Shown piece after piece: positions 27,992 through 42,030 of a stretch of DNA of 64,000 nucleotides. Location: assembly GCA_951406725.2 (NCBI GenBank), contig OX597814.1, positions 118,916,001-118,980,000 of the forward strand. Reading direction: 5' to 3'. This DNA is from Octopus vulgaris (Eukaryota). The notes under the pieces were generated by a model. That model was not told where the DNA came from and did not search any database. It worked only from the letters and a program-made list of their open reading frames with translations. The position numbers and the translations under genes were made by a program. Numbering within the stretch: position 1 is the stretch's first letter; each line of letters opens with the position of its first letter.

Positions 27992-28420
27992 CTCTGTTGG
28001 ACTTTTTGACTTTGCTGAAAGGATATCTGAATATTACATGTATACCATTATGCCTATAAAACGGATTTACGAATTCACGACCTATACATATCTTACATCT
28101 ATTTTCCTTTCTCCACCTCACTCTCTATTTGTATCACATCGAAACTGATTATGACTTAATTTTTTCTCTCACACCGTCTCCGATGAAGAGATATAATTAA
28201 TAAATATCCTAGAAACAGCTGTAAGACATTCTATCTATAAATGCACTAATATCTATACAGCCTTGATATTTTATCCCATTATGCAAAAAATTCTTATATA
28301 TATATATACTGAGAGAGAGAGAGAGAGAGATAGAAATGAATAGAGAAAGATGGAAAAACAGAGAGACTAAGAGACGTGTCTGTGTTTGGTATACATCTAT
28401 CTCACCCTCCCTCCCCCCCC

Positions 28421-28452
<32 letters not shown>

Positions 28453-28917
28453 TTCTGACCTATGCAAAGCCTTACCAATGGACTTGGTTCACAGAAACAG
28501 ATAAAAGCTAGAGATATACATGTGTGTGTAAGTATGTATGAATGTGTGTACATATGCCTGTGCATGTATACTTGTATGTATGTATAAGTATACATCTCCA
28601 CATTTCTTCACCATTGCTTCTTTTTTCCGTTGAAGTTGTTCTTATTTTCATTGTTTTGGATTTCTTTCGATTTTTCTTTTATCTTCCTAGGGAATTTGTA
28701 GAAAAGTTTTCTTTCATTTAGATTCTTCGTTTCTTTTAAATTTATTTACGGTACACCCTGGTATTCTTTTCCTCGTCTGACTTGAAATTTTCAGTTAAAA
28801 TATTAAAGAAAGTAAATGGATGGCTCATCTATGTAGTTTGATCTTAAAATGGGCCCCCCCTCAACCTCGGAGGCCCCCTGCGTCCGTAATGGTTGCAGGG
28901 ACTTAGCAACAGCCCAG
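27387..28917. mobile_element. Non-autonomous hAT-like DNA transposon with nested repeats
   Basis: Decayed TIRs CAGCGCCGTCGC / GCAACAGCCCAG, subterminal GGCCCC motifs, imperfect 8-bp TSD CAACAGCC / TCACAGCC. Confidence 0.5.
28176..28227 (+). ncRNA. Minimal type I hammerhead-like motif (Penelope-type), U4C variant
   Basis: GTCT-CCGATGA-A-GAGATAT..ATATCCT-AGAAA-CAGCTG-TA-AGAC; palindromic ACAGCTGT helix III. Confidence 0.55.
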
Positions 28918-29329
28918 TCACAGCCAAATCTCCCGTCAACGATATAAAGATTATCAGTGTCTGTTCAGATATCGGTGTGGCAAATAGCCAGCGGGCTAAT
29001 TAAAAATAATTAATAACGATAGACGCAGTATTACCTAATGTCCATGCTTGACGTCTGTCAGTGATGAGTCTATGTCAGGGCAAAATCACATAACATACAC
29101 ACAAACATGTAGATATACATATATGTGCGTGTGTGTGCATGTGTGTGTGTGTGTGCATGTGTGTGTATGCATGTGTCTCTCTGTGTGTACAGGTGTGACT
29201 GTCTGTCTGTCTGTCTGTCTGTCTGTATGTATGTATGTATGTATACATACATCAAGCTCTACACGACTCTTATGGGAGTCAACAAGGATAAAAAAACCTG
29301 TTAAATTTACTCATCGTTTTTTTTTTTAT

Positions 29330-30309
<980 letters not shown>

Positions 30310-30989
30310 ATACGGAGAATAAGTAAATTTGACATGTTCGTATGTAATTCTATTTGGTTTACACACGCATATACACACACATACACACACATGCAGACAC
30401 GAGCACAATCAAACACACGTTTGATTTCAATGAGTTCTTACAAGCATTGAGGACGCACACGAAGTGACCTACATATAACTCTGAGCTATCGGAACACAGC
30501 AAACATTTATCAATATATTTTGACGACTCTCCGGGACAGTCAGTCACAGTTTCCTTCCCCTTTCAACACCTTAATCGATAACCAATTCACACTCCCACTA
30601 CTAAATAGTATAAGGATAATGATGAACTTCACAACATCTCAAGACCCGTTCCAATAACTCCCTTCATAATTCCACCTCCTACAATATTAAACCTCTCCTG
30701 CTTAGAACTTACGTATTCCTCTGGGATCGAAAAAAACCCAATCAATATATCGACTTTGATTCGATCGATTATAATCCTTCTTTCAAATTATCGCCTCGTG
30801 GTTAATACAAGAAATCGTTAGTATTGGAAATAAACAACGGTGTTTCTGTAGTTACCATTCACAATATTTTCCATTGATTCCACTACAAGTGCCAACAATA
30901 ACCAACCATACTATTTCTACTGCTACTGCGGTTTATATGGCGATACGCAGCGCTATTTATACTCCTGCAGCATTAAACATTATTGATCA

Positions 30990-31250
30990 CGGCGGTGATG
31001 GTAGTGGTGGTGGTGGTGGTGGTGGTGGTGGTGGCGGTGGCGGTGGTGGTGATTGCGGTGGTTGTGCTGGTTGTAGTGGTGGTGGTGGTCGTCGTGGTGA
31101 TAACGGTGACGACGATGATGTCGACGGCGGCAATGAAGATCATGATCACGGGGATCGTGATAAACTCAGATGACGAAGTTGACATCGAAGATGATAATGT
31201 TCGTAATGATGATGATGATGATGATGTAGTAGTAGTAGTAGTAATAGTAA

Positions 31251-31291
<41 letters not shown>

Positions 31292-31298
31292 ATAGTAA

Positions 31299-31333
<35 letters not shown>

Positions 31334-31570
31334 ATTGTAGTAGTAATAGTTGTAGTGGTAGTAGCAGCAGCAGCAATATTTGTAGTAGTAGTAGTAGTAG
31401 TAGTAGTAGCAGCAGCAGCAGTAGTAGTAGTAGTGGCGGCGGAGGTGGAGGCGGAGGCGGCAGCAGTGGTGATTGTGGTGGTGCTAGTGGTAGTAGTGGT
31501 GGTGGTGGAGGTGGTAGTGGTGATGGTAGTGGTAGTGGTGGTGGTTGTGGTGGTGGTGGTGGTGGTGGCT
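30990..31570. repeat. Compound trinucleotide microsatellite (GGT/GAT/GTA/GCA)
   Basis: Direct reading; source of the poly-V ORF. Confidence 0.9.
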
Positions 31571-32038
31571 GAAGAAGATTTGATAGAAGAAATTGATGAA
31601 GAAGTACGTGTCGGATTTTCTTTTTTTTTTTTCTTTTTTAAAGAATTTTCCGACCACAGAAAATGAATAAGGTTCTCTCACGGTTCTAATGTATTTAGCT
31701 GAAAAACATCGATTCACTGAGATTAACCTTGCAGACAGCTTTCTGTAAAATCTATGAAGATTTAAAGTCTCAAATCGACAGGCAAGACAAAGCAATTCCA
31801 GTAAATGTAAATTAATTGAAATTTCAGAACGAGACAGAAGTACCAAAAATGTATCGGACTTAAGAAACCTCTTCGGCAAGATATAATCTGCTGTTTTGTT
31901 AAGATTAAGGGAATCGATATCGGTAAACAGAGGGAATGCAGTGTCATTCATATGTATGTAAAAAATATGTTGCTGGGATAATAACTCAAGAGTGCGCAGT
32001 GCATACCAATTGATATGCTCATCTCACTATATTAGTTA

Positions 32039-32407
32039 CTAGCAGTATCGCCGGGTGTTGCTCGGGTTTGTTTCGACCTTTTAAAATTGGAATTTTAAAA
32101 AAATAAAAATTTTGCATTATGTAGTTTGTTATTCTCCTTAAGTTGGACATTTTTCTGGTTGAAATTCACCGAAAAATCGCAAAAGATACGGGTTTTCATA
32201 GAAAAAAAGCACCTTTTTGATGTAAATAATTTTTGGACTTAACATGGTCCGATTTGAATTTTATTTTCTACGGAATGAAGAGCAAGCCTTTCTCTATCAT
32301 ACTTACAATTTTGGTCTACCTGCGCAGCAGGGTCTCGGAAGAGATAGTGTTAGTTGATGACTACCAAATCTGCCACACACAAACAACTTCAGCTTTATAT
32401 ATATAGA
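32039..32407 (-). mobile_element. Non-autonomous Helitron, 369 bp
   Basis: Minus strand TC...CTAG with subterminal hairpin; inserted at A|T with no TSD; empty site ATTAGTTA|TTTGAGATG in the next repeat unit (33332-33348). Confidence 0.85.
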
Positions 32408-33030
32408 TTTGAGATGTAGTGAACGCGATAAAACGCATTTCATTAATCTCGAGCAAAAACACAGGTTTCATAGAAAATTCTGATCAAGTGATAATTGATC
32501 AAAAGCATTTATTAATGTTTTCATCAAATACAGTTCGTCCCATTTGGACGTTAAACAGAAAATTCTTATAACAGGTACTATAAACCCCTTTTGGAAAAAA
32601 ACAAACGTTGATTAAAATGCGATAAAGAAATCTGTAAATAAAAGGTATCGAACAGGTGATCGAGTACTACAGCTGCTACAAAGCACATGCGACGCAGTTT
32701 ACATTGATTCACTGAGATTAACCTTGCAGACAGCTTTCTGTAAAATCTATGAAGATTTAAAGTCTCAAATCGACAGGCAAGACAAAGCAATTCCAGTAAA
32801 TGTAAATTAATTGAAATTTCGGAACGAGACAGAAGTACAAAAAATGTATTGGACTAAAGAAACCTCTTCGGCAAGATATAATCTGCTATTTTGTTAAGAT
32901 TAGGAAAATCAATATCGATAAACAGAGGGAATGTAGTGTCATTTATATGTATGTAAAAATATGTTGCTGGGATAATAACCCAAGAGTACGCAGTGCATAC
33001 CAATTGAAATGTTCATCTCACAATAATATT

Positions 33031-33322
33031 GTGGAGGCACATGGCCTATTGGTTAGAGCAGCGGACTCGCGGGTTCGAAACTCAGACCGGGGGATGTGTG
33101 TGTTTATGAACGAAACACCTAAGCTCCACGCGGCTCCTGCAGAAGGTAATGCCGAACTTCTGCTGACTCTTTCGCCACAACTTTCTCTCACTTTTTCCTC
33201 CTGCATCTTGCAGCTCACCTGCGACGGACCGGTGTCCTGTCCAGGTGCAGAACCTATACGCCAAGGTAACCGGGAAACCGACCCTTATGAGTCAGGCATG
33301 GCTCGAAAAGGAACAAACAATG
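33031..33322 (+). mobile_element. tRNA-derived SINE (family C head, different tail), 12-bp TSD
   Basis: TSD CACAATAATATT at 33019-33030 and 33323-33334; TGGCCTATTGGTTAGAGCAGCGGACTCGCGG head. Confidence 0.9.
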
Positions 33323-33596
33323 CACAATAATATTAGTTATTTGAGATGTAGGGAACGCGATAAAACGCAGTCCGTTAATCTCTAGCAGACACACGGGTTG
33401 CATAGAAAACACTGATCACATGATAATTGATCAAAAACATTCATTAACCTTTTCCTCAAAAGGCTTCGACATTAAACAGAAAATTCTTATAACAGACGGT
33501 ATAAACCTCTTTTGGAAAACAACAATCGTTGCTTAAAATGCGATAAACAAATCCATAAATAAAACAGATGGAACAGGTAATCGAGTGCTACAGCTG

Positions 33597-33822
33597 GCCG
33601 TTCAATAATTTGGACCTGGAGATCTCCATTTCCAGCGACTTCGAAGGCCACCTCCAGTGGTGTGGTGTCGGGCGTCAACGAAGAGCCCTCGACTACAAAA
33701 CGACCAAAGTTTTTCTTTTTTTTTCCGAGGTCTGGGGTCCCCCACCCCTAAGCCCTAGACAATCACCTAATCACCCTTACCCGTCTTGCTGCTTAACAAC
33801 AACAACAACAACAGCAACAACA
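33597..33822 (+). mobile_element. Short non-autonomous retroposon with HDV-like 5' end, copy 2, 13-bp TSD
   Basis: TSD AGTGCTACAGCTG at 33584-33596 and 33823-33835; (AAC)n tail; absent from the preceding repeat unit. Confidence 0.9.
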
Positions 33823-34334
33823 AGTGCTACAGCTGCTGCAAAGAACATGCGACGCAGTTTACATCGATTCACTAAGATTAACCTAGCAGAGAGCTTTCTG
33901 TAAAATCTATGAAGATTTAAAGTCTCAAATCGACAGGCAAGAGAAAACAATTCCAGGAAATGTAAGTTAATTGAAATTTCGGAACGAGATAGAAGTAACA
34001 AAAATGTATCGGACTTAAGAGACCTCTTCGGCAAGATTGCGAGAGTCGTGTAGCCCTTCGAAATACTTTTACACCAGGTACCTGCGACTGTTCAGTTGAA
34101 AATAATCCGCTTTAATGGAGACTGCAAATGAAGGCTTCATGTCAAAAATGTCTATAGTAGTTGATATTGTAGAGATTCTATATAATGCTACTTTTTTGAC
34201 AATCTTCTGAGGAGGGAACGAGGCTAACTGGATTGGGTTATCAGAAGTTATGCCAGTTTTTTATGTTTATTACTTCTGTAGGCGCTTTCCTAACATGGAT
34301 TTTGGAAGTCTAATCATGATTTATAAGCTTTCAA

Positions 34335-34387
<53 letters not shown>

Positions 34388-35732
34388 TACCCGGACACAT
34401 GTACACACACATACACGGATAAACACACACACACACATGCATATATACACAGATATGACAGAAATAATTAGACAACCTTATAATCATTATAATTTATTCA
34501 AATCTGAAATTTATTTAAATCTGATATCCGTTTCAACATCCTGATCATCCACACACTTGCCGGGGGAACTGAATATAATTCACTGCGCGGGTATAATAAA
34601 GCTGAAACATACACTGTGCATACACCATTTCACTTAAGAAAGCTTTATCTCCATCTCTCACCGTCTTTCTCTTTCTCCCCTCCTCTCTCTTCCTCTCTCG
34701 TGTGCATTTTCTAAATTTTGCATAACTTCATTTTATAAACTTCAGTTTATTTGTTGTAGTTGCTTCCCCACCCCTTCTTGCTTTTGTATTGTAAACATTC
34801 CTAGAGGGAGACGCTTGTTCTAATTGCTTAAATAATTTCAGTAGTCGAACTTTTTCAACTCGCAGCATTGATTATGTGGGCCTCTACCCCTGAGGTAACT
34901 TTTCCTTTTATAACATGATGGTTATATCAGACGAAATCAATCATTGTTTGTGAAGCATTTGTAATTTATACTTCGTAGCAAATATTAAAAGAAAAAAATT
35001 GGTTGCTGTTAATTCAACGTGTCCCTTGCAGTGAACTAAATGAGAACTTTAGTAATTCAAAATCTAATAAATCAAAACACGATTTCCACACCAAGGAGTA
35101 TTTGTAGTTTGATTTGGAGAAATGGTTCCTCCCAAGCGAGCTACTTTGTTTACATCGTTTCCAAAAACAAAAACAAAAAAACTGTTCACATACAGACTTT
35201 TGTAGTCAAATGTAATTTAGTGGCTCTACCGCATTTCTGATGTTTATGATGGGAATTTAACGTCATAGCTTTGACACAGATTTCTTCACGGAAGCAATTA
35301 AAAGCAACATAGTTTCGATTCCATTTTACAGAAAAATTCTTCCTAGCTCCCAATATTTCTGCTATTTCTTTCAGTTTCTGCCACTTACTTTAGGGGTTTC
35401 TGTGTCAATATCAAATTTCACCTTCATTGTATCTTTCAGTGAAATGTATTTATATTACGCGAAATACATTCACACACCACTACGTTTCCTCCTCCCTTCT
35501 TCCTGACTGTGCTCATTACCAACGAACTGCATTTCCGACCGGCAGATGACACCCAATGTTCTCGGTCGTCTGTTTTTCCTCTATAATTCTTTCGCTTCCA
35601 TCTTTCGTCTGATGAAAGTCCGAAACGCCATGTCTCTTTCTCTTTGTTTTAAACGTTAAACTAATGGAAAATCTTTTTACAATTTATCCTTCCCCGTCCT
35701 TCATTGTCTACTACTTGAGGCCATTTCTTAAT

Positions 35733-35821
<89 letters not shown>

Positions 35822-36648
35822 CAAATATAAAAAAAGAGGTAATATGGGAGGAGAGAAAGACAAGACAGAAACAAGGACAGAAAATAAAAAAGAAAATATA
35901 TAGAGAAACATACATACATACATACATACATACATACATACATACATACATACATACATACAAACATACATATATACCTGTAATTATTTGGGCCTTGGGA
36001 TATGTAACACACCGCTAAATACCAATCTTGTGAAATTAAGCTTCTAAAAAACAGAAAGGAGAAAGCTAATTTAAACACTACAGATCCAATCCATCACTGG
36101 GACTGTTAACATCAGTAAAACTTTCCAGAAGTTTCTCATTTCAATATATATCAGAATGTCTAGATATATATGAGCATGAACACGCTTTATTATTTGCAAT
36201 TTTTAAACTTTACAATATTGAAATGAAATAGTACTTTCGTGTGTTGTGCGATCATCGTGTTTATGAAGTGACAGTCATGTTCCAAAATTGACTGCTGTTA
36301 TTCTGGAACATGGCTGACATGATTTGGTTCTCCTCTGATGAGAAAATCATTACCCGACACCAAATGTCTAACAGAAGAAATGATACAAAGGAACTTGCAG
36401 ATCCTAGTGTTGTCCACAGAGTGTGCCACAGTAGGTTTGTTGTATCAGTAATAGTTTGAGCAGTGGTAAGTATTTATCTATATGGGTATATGCATGTATG
36501 TACACATATACATTCATACATACATACACACATACATACATACATACATACATACATACATACATACGTACATACGTACATACATACGTACATACATACA
36601 TACATACATACATACATACATGCATACATACATACATACATACATACA

Positions 36649-36682
<34 letters not shown>

Positions 36683-36698
36683 CATACATACATGTGAA

Positions 36699-36925
36699 GG
36701 CGGCGAGATGGCAGAATCGTTAGCACGCAGGGCGAAATTCTTAGCGGTATTTCATCTGCTGTTACGTTCTGAATTCAAATTCCGCCGACGTCTACTTTAC
36801 CTTTCATCCTTTCGGGGTCGATTAAATAAGTACCAGTCACGCACTGGCGTCGATGTAATCGACTTAATCCCTTTGTCCTTGTTTGCCCCCTCTGTGTTTA
36901 GCCCCTTGTGGGCAATAAAGAAATA
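36699..36925 (+). mobile_element. SINE family A within (CATA)n
   Basis: Match to family A. Confidence 0.9.
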
Positions 36926-37453
36926 AGATACATACATACATGCATATGTACATACATACATACACACATACATATACATATCCACACACAATAATATTTC
37001 TGCTTGTCATTATGTTACTTAGCGGTCGATAACGCTTTCACGTAATTGAGGAAAAAGAGGGAGAAAGAAAAGTGTAAGAGAAAAAGGAGATATAGAAGCA
37101 TCCATGATGTGAGGAAGAGGGAAAGTAATTGTAACGCTTTCATGTGATTCATTCAAGAGAAGAGAAGAGAAAGGAAAAGAGTGAGAAAAGAGGAGAAGAG
37201 GGAATGTAATATTTCTTAAGAAAATTAGTTGAAGGTTGTGATGGTATAAAGCAGGAAAGTTAACGATATAATCTTATCAGAGGGGTGATGTTCTGATGGT
37301 GAGGTTAAAGAAAGGGTGACGGAGGGGGAGGGAGAGATCAGAGAAAGAGATGGGGAGAAAAGTGTTATTGTTGGTGATGCTGGTGGTGATTGCATAGTGA
37401 AGATATATGTTTTATTTTATATCACCTATCACATACCACATGCGCATAAGTGC

Positions 37454-37702
37454 AATTCCGTGAAATATTCACGCCAATTTACGTGGCAGATATATGCAAT
37501 TTAACTAAAAGTCGTATCACATACACGGGATATCTTTTTTTTAATGGCACAAATGGGAAAATAAGAGTGAATAGCTATTTTATGTGCATAAAGTATATAA
37601 AGTATATATATAAAGTGCATTAAATAATCATCGTATTCCGATTTCTTTCACTTTTCAATAGGTTTACCATTAATTCCGTGAAATATTCACGGGTCCCGCT
37701 AA
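37454..37702 (+). mobile_element. Candidate Helitron 3' end
   Basis: Hairpin CCGTGAA-ATA-TTCACGG (37676-37692) then CTAA|T; the 20-mer AATTCCGTGAAATATTCACG also occurs at 37454. Confidence 0.35.
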
Positions 37703-38548
37703 TATGCATAAACGTTTGAAAATATAATAGGATGCAAATGCTCGCCTTAATAACGGTAGATGGATAATCGCATTTCTACATAACACGGAATGCGCAGGGC
37801 GGGTGGGGAGCCTTGCAACCAATACTAAACAGGGCACAATTACAATTAATATACATATATGATTAGAATATTTAGAAGTTTTCCAGCTACTTGAAATCCT
37901 CCTGCATTATACTGATAATAGATGCCTATTAAAAGTGTAGTCTACCCTAACAAAAGTGATAGTATACATAGAAAACTCTTTAAATAATTGGTTACACCAA
38001 CAAAATGTGTCGGGACAATTCCTCAAAAATATCAAAGGAATAATTTTGAAGATATTTGTTGATAAAAGTGTAAAGAACAAAGTAAATTCCGACTAAGGGA
38101 AATGCTAGATACGCAACACTGTCTAACAATAGATAATCTATGTCTTATAGAGGGACGTTATAGGGGAATCTATGTCTTATAGAGGAACGTTATATAATTT
38201 TCCACGTTGCTTTAATTCTCAACGAACGCAGGTAACATATTTCTGCATAAATTGGACATTATGGATTTCGAAATAAACCTTCCAAATGCATGAAGAACAC
38301 AAATTCAATTAGATAAACCGTTGCCAACCTTCTATCCACTTTGCCCTTCCATCTCGGAACACATCGAAAACTAATTAGTTATTAATAATTTATTTCTCAT
38401 TAATCTGCTAAGGCGAACATTCGAGTAAAATGTCGACTCAGTAAAAGCTTATTTCGCATAATCCGCTTTAGCTTCTAAGTGCCACATTGCATATTATTTG
38501 TACTCTCACACACATTGACACACGTAAGTATAACTATATGTAAAATAT

Positions 38549-38584
<36 letters not shown>

Positions 38585-38585
<1 letters not shown>

Positions 38586-38996
38586 CTCTTTACTCTTTTT
38601 CTCTTTTACTTGTTTCAGTCATTTGAGTGCGGCCATGCTGGAGCACCGCCTTTGGTCGAAGGAATCGACCCCAGGACTTATTCTTTGTAAGCCTAGTACT
38701 TATTCTATCGGTCTCTTTTGTCGAACCGCTAGGTTACGGAGACGTAAACACACCGGCATCGGTTGTCAAGCGATGTTGGGAGGGGGACAAACACAGACAC
38801 ACAAACATATACATAAACATACATATACACATATACATATATACGACGGGCTTCTTTCAGCTTCCGTCTACCAAATCCACAAGGCTTTGGTCGGCCCGAG
38901 GCTACAGTAGAAGACACTTGCCCAAGGTGCCACGCAGTAGGCTTGAACCGGGAACCATGTAGTTGATAAACAGGCTACTTACCACACAGCCACTCC

Positions 38997-38998
<2 letters not shown>
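38585..38998 (-). mobile_element. SINE family B, near full length
   Basis: Match to family B. Confidence 0.9.
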
Positions 38999-39033
<35 letters not shown>

Positions 39034-40344
39034 ATTATATGTATATATATGTATATATGCATATAAATTTCTTTGTGCATCTAAGTTTACCTGCCTTAGA
39101 GTGCTTGTGTGCATTTTACATTACTGGTGGGTGGTGGTATAAATATACGTACAAGCATATGTGCATTGCTGTACCCATATATCTTAAGTCCTTACATACA
39201 CGGACACACATACATAGATAATTATATACTTCGATATGTGCGAGCGTATATATGTGTGTGTATATATGTGTGTGTGTGTGTATGCATTATTCCACAAGCA
39301 GATTTCATTTACGAACCAATTGATGTCACAACGCAATGCATAATCAATCTACTTGAAGCCGCTTTTAAAATGAAATTCTTGTTTGGCAGTTTCCAAAGCA
39401 GAAGTTGCATCAGCTCCTAGGATTAGCGGCAGCGCTAAAAACAGTTTAACTTCGTCAGCTGTGATTGAAATGTTCTTTGAAAATCACATTTAGATTTCAC
39501 ATGAGTCTCTTATATCTTAATTGAAGACATTGATTGCTGATTCCACTTGTTAAGATAAAACTAGCTATGATAATAAGAATAACTATAATACCTCATATTA
39601 TAACAAACGTATGAACAAATGCTCAATATGACAGAAAGTGCAGCTAATCTCAAATTATCTTCTGTCCTAATTTAAAATAACTTGAATAAACGTATACATA
39701 TACATATATTTGTTAAATCGTCAATCCCAACTCCATTTTTTGTCTCTCTCCATTTTCTCCACTTATCCCTGTCTATCGAACACCGGAGGTGCGAAAAGTC
39801 GAAGATCTTCAAATTAATACACCTGCTTGTTTTTCCCTCCCCTGTATTTGTCCATTCTTTCTTGTACATTTCAACCATATATACATACATGCACACACAC
39901 ACACTCATATATATTTATATCATCCTTTCTTTTCCCCTCCACTTCGCCGTTCTCTATCTGTACCTCTCTCTCTATCTCTCAATATTCCGCCTTTGCTCTT
40001 TCGTTGCACGTACTTGACCGTCGGCCATCTTCCTTTTTCTAACTTGAATTTCATTCTTTCTCTCTTGTCAGCCATAGGGATTGGACATATTCTTACCGGT
40101 CTCCTGTCAGAGTTTTTCTCCGCGTTCACCAACTCAGCTCGACTAGGCTTAGCAGCCCTTCCTGTTTGTTTTCACTGTCTTGTTTTTGTTACCAAATTTG
40201 ACCCTCTGCAAAATCAAAAATTTTATTTAATTTGCTTTGCAGGAGCAACTGTTATGTCCAAAACGTATCTTGTTGTGAAATGTTTGAAGTACGAAGTATA
40301 AAAAGAGCTGTGGTGTTGCTCCTGTTGTTAATGATGAGGGATCC

Positions 40345-40760
40345 GGAGAGTTGGCAGAATCGTTAGCACGCTGGGCAAAATGCTTAGCGGTATTTCGTCC
40401 CTCTTTATGTTCTGAGTAAATTCCGGTGTGGTCCACTTTGCCTTTCTTCCTTTCAGAATGAATAAAATAGGTACCAGTTGGACACTGGGGTTGATGTAAT
40501 CAGCTTACGCCGCCCTCTAAATTACTAGCCTTGTACCAAAATATCAAATCATTATATTTAATGTTGATGTCTGCCAGAATCATGTCCACACCAGATAAAA
40601 TGCTTAGTAGTTTCCCTTCAAGCTGTGGGTTCTGATTTCAAATTCCACCGCAGTCGACTTTGCCTTTCGACTTTACGGGGTTGATAAGACAAGTACTAGA
40701 AGAGCAGCGGAGCCATTTTTATTGATTTACCCCACCCATAAAATAGTTGGGTTTGTGAAT
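40345..40760 (+). mobile_element. Two diverged SINE family A copies
   Basis: TGGCAGAATCGTTAGCACGC head; GTCGACTTTGCCTTTC body. Confidence 0.7.
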
Positions 40761-41389
40761 ATATAATTATTATTAGTCTTATTAAAGGATTTCTGAAGTT
40801 ATTAGTGGAATTTCAAAATGCAGTTAGTGTACATGAAACACTATCATTCTCAAGAGTCCATTTTCAAAATCCTTTATAAAAGCTGGGAACCCCAAAACGG
40901 AGCAATCAGTGATGACAGCAAGAATTATATGTTGATGGGCATTGGTTTGAAGATTAAATTCAAATATTAAATTTCAAAATTATCTCGTAATCGTCATTTA
41001 TTTAAAAGTAATCACGTTTATCTCATATTTTCCTTTTATCTGAATAATTACACAGACCAACAAATCAAAATCTTTCTCTGCTTTCATAAAATTCTCGAAA
41101 GATATGGACCTGAACAAGAGGGTTTTCATACACAGAAACTAAAAATGATATCCATTTACAACCATCACGTCGATGTTTTAAGAGGCGGGAACCAAAGATT
41201 TAATTAATTTTTTTCTCTCATTAAAACAGAGCTTATGAGAAACAAGGCGTAGCATATAAGCATACATAGGAATTGGTTTTCTTCAAAACCAGCATGTTTT
41301 CTAAAAGTTCTACTGAAAACCTGGAAAAGTTTTAAATTTCTACAAACAACTTACTCTATTGTTTATGGCTAATTTCCCATGAATTTGCA

Positions 41390-42030
41390 CTTGGATGACT
41401 TTTCATCCCTTTCCTGGTTTTCTCAGGAAGTTTTCGAGCAAAGTTCGAGCAATACTCCGCCATTGGATCCAAGTTCCAATTGCCTTGATACAATTGTTCA
41501 ATTATTTTGATTTTATATTTTGACGGGTATATTCTCACTGCTCGGCATTTGTGTCCATAAGATTTTCAAATAATTTATCAAAGTACCATTGGAGAAAATG
41601 TAGCTTTATGCCCATATTTGCTCCAACATTTTGAAAGTTCTCATGCATGCTGTCGACTATTTCGGCAAAGTCGCTCGCTTTCTTGTTGCCTAGAAAGTCA
41701 TTTACAACTATCACGAATTAATTCTGCTGCTTCAATGAAATTAATTGAATTTATAAAGCTCCCATCGTTCATTGATTTCTGTTTTAAGTGCCATCAAATA
41801 TTCCAGCTTTTATCTTTTCCCTACTCACACCAGGAAATGTGCCGCATATAGAGTGAATGGACGGTCCACCTCTAATCAGATCTTTAACAAATGCTTCATA
41901 ATGGCAAGATCCATATGAAGTGGAGATAGAGTGATTTTCCCCGGTTGAACTAAAGGCTCTTCAACCTTATTAAGAGACTCTGGAGATAATGTTTGCTGAG
42001 GCTATTCTTTGATCTCCCAATATTTTTCCC
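41390..42030 (-). pseudogene. Degraded Chapaev3-like (CMC) transposase fragment
   Basis: Minus-strand peptides PLHMDLAIMK, AGIFDG, NMGIKLHFLQWYFDKLFENL, EQLYQGNWNLDPMAEYC resemble PPLHIKLGLMK, AGIFDGP, MSxKxHFLHSHLDxFPENL, RYQGxWxxxMMADYC; family assignment from memory. Confidence 0.6.

Larger units (their letters stand above)
31706..34037. repeat. ~620-bp tandem repeat, about 2.5 units, carrying three insertions
   Basis: ACATYGATTCACT...GAAGATTTAAAGTCTCAAATCGACAGGCAAGA recurs at 31706, 32701 and 33861. Confidence 0.9.

Noticed and set aside
30983-31666. 227-aa poly-Val ORF and similar low-complexity ORFs ([12 protein letters not shown], poly-I/N/M)
   Set aside because: Translations of microsatellites; no domain signal
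31484-34034. Three similar short ORFs (LACRFETLNLHRFYRKLSARL)
   Set aside because: Product of the tandem DNA repeat; starts, stops and lengths differ between units
38136-38193. Short direct repeats (AATCTATGTCTTATAGAGG.ACGTTATA x2; also GATAAGACTGTTCGTTT x2 at ~12371)
   Set aside because: Ordinary slippage duplications; two units only, not CRISPR-like
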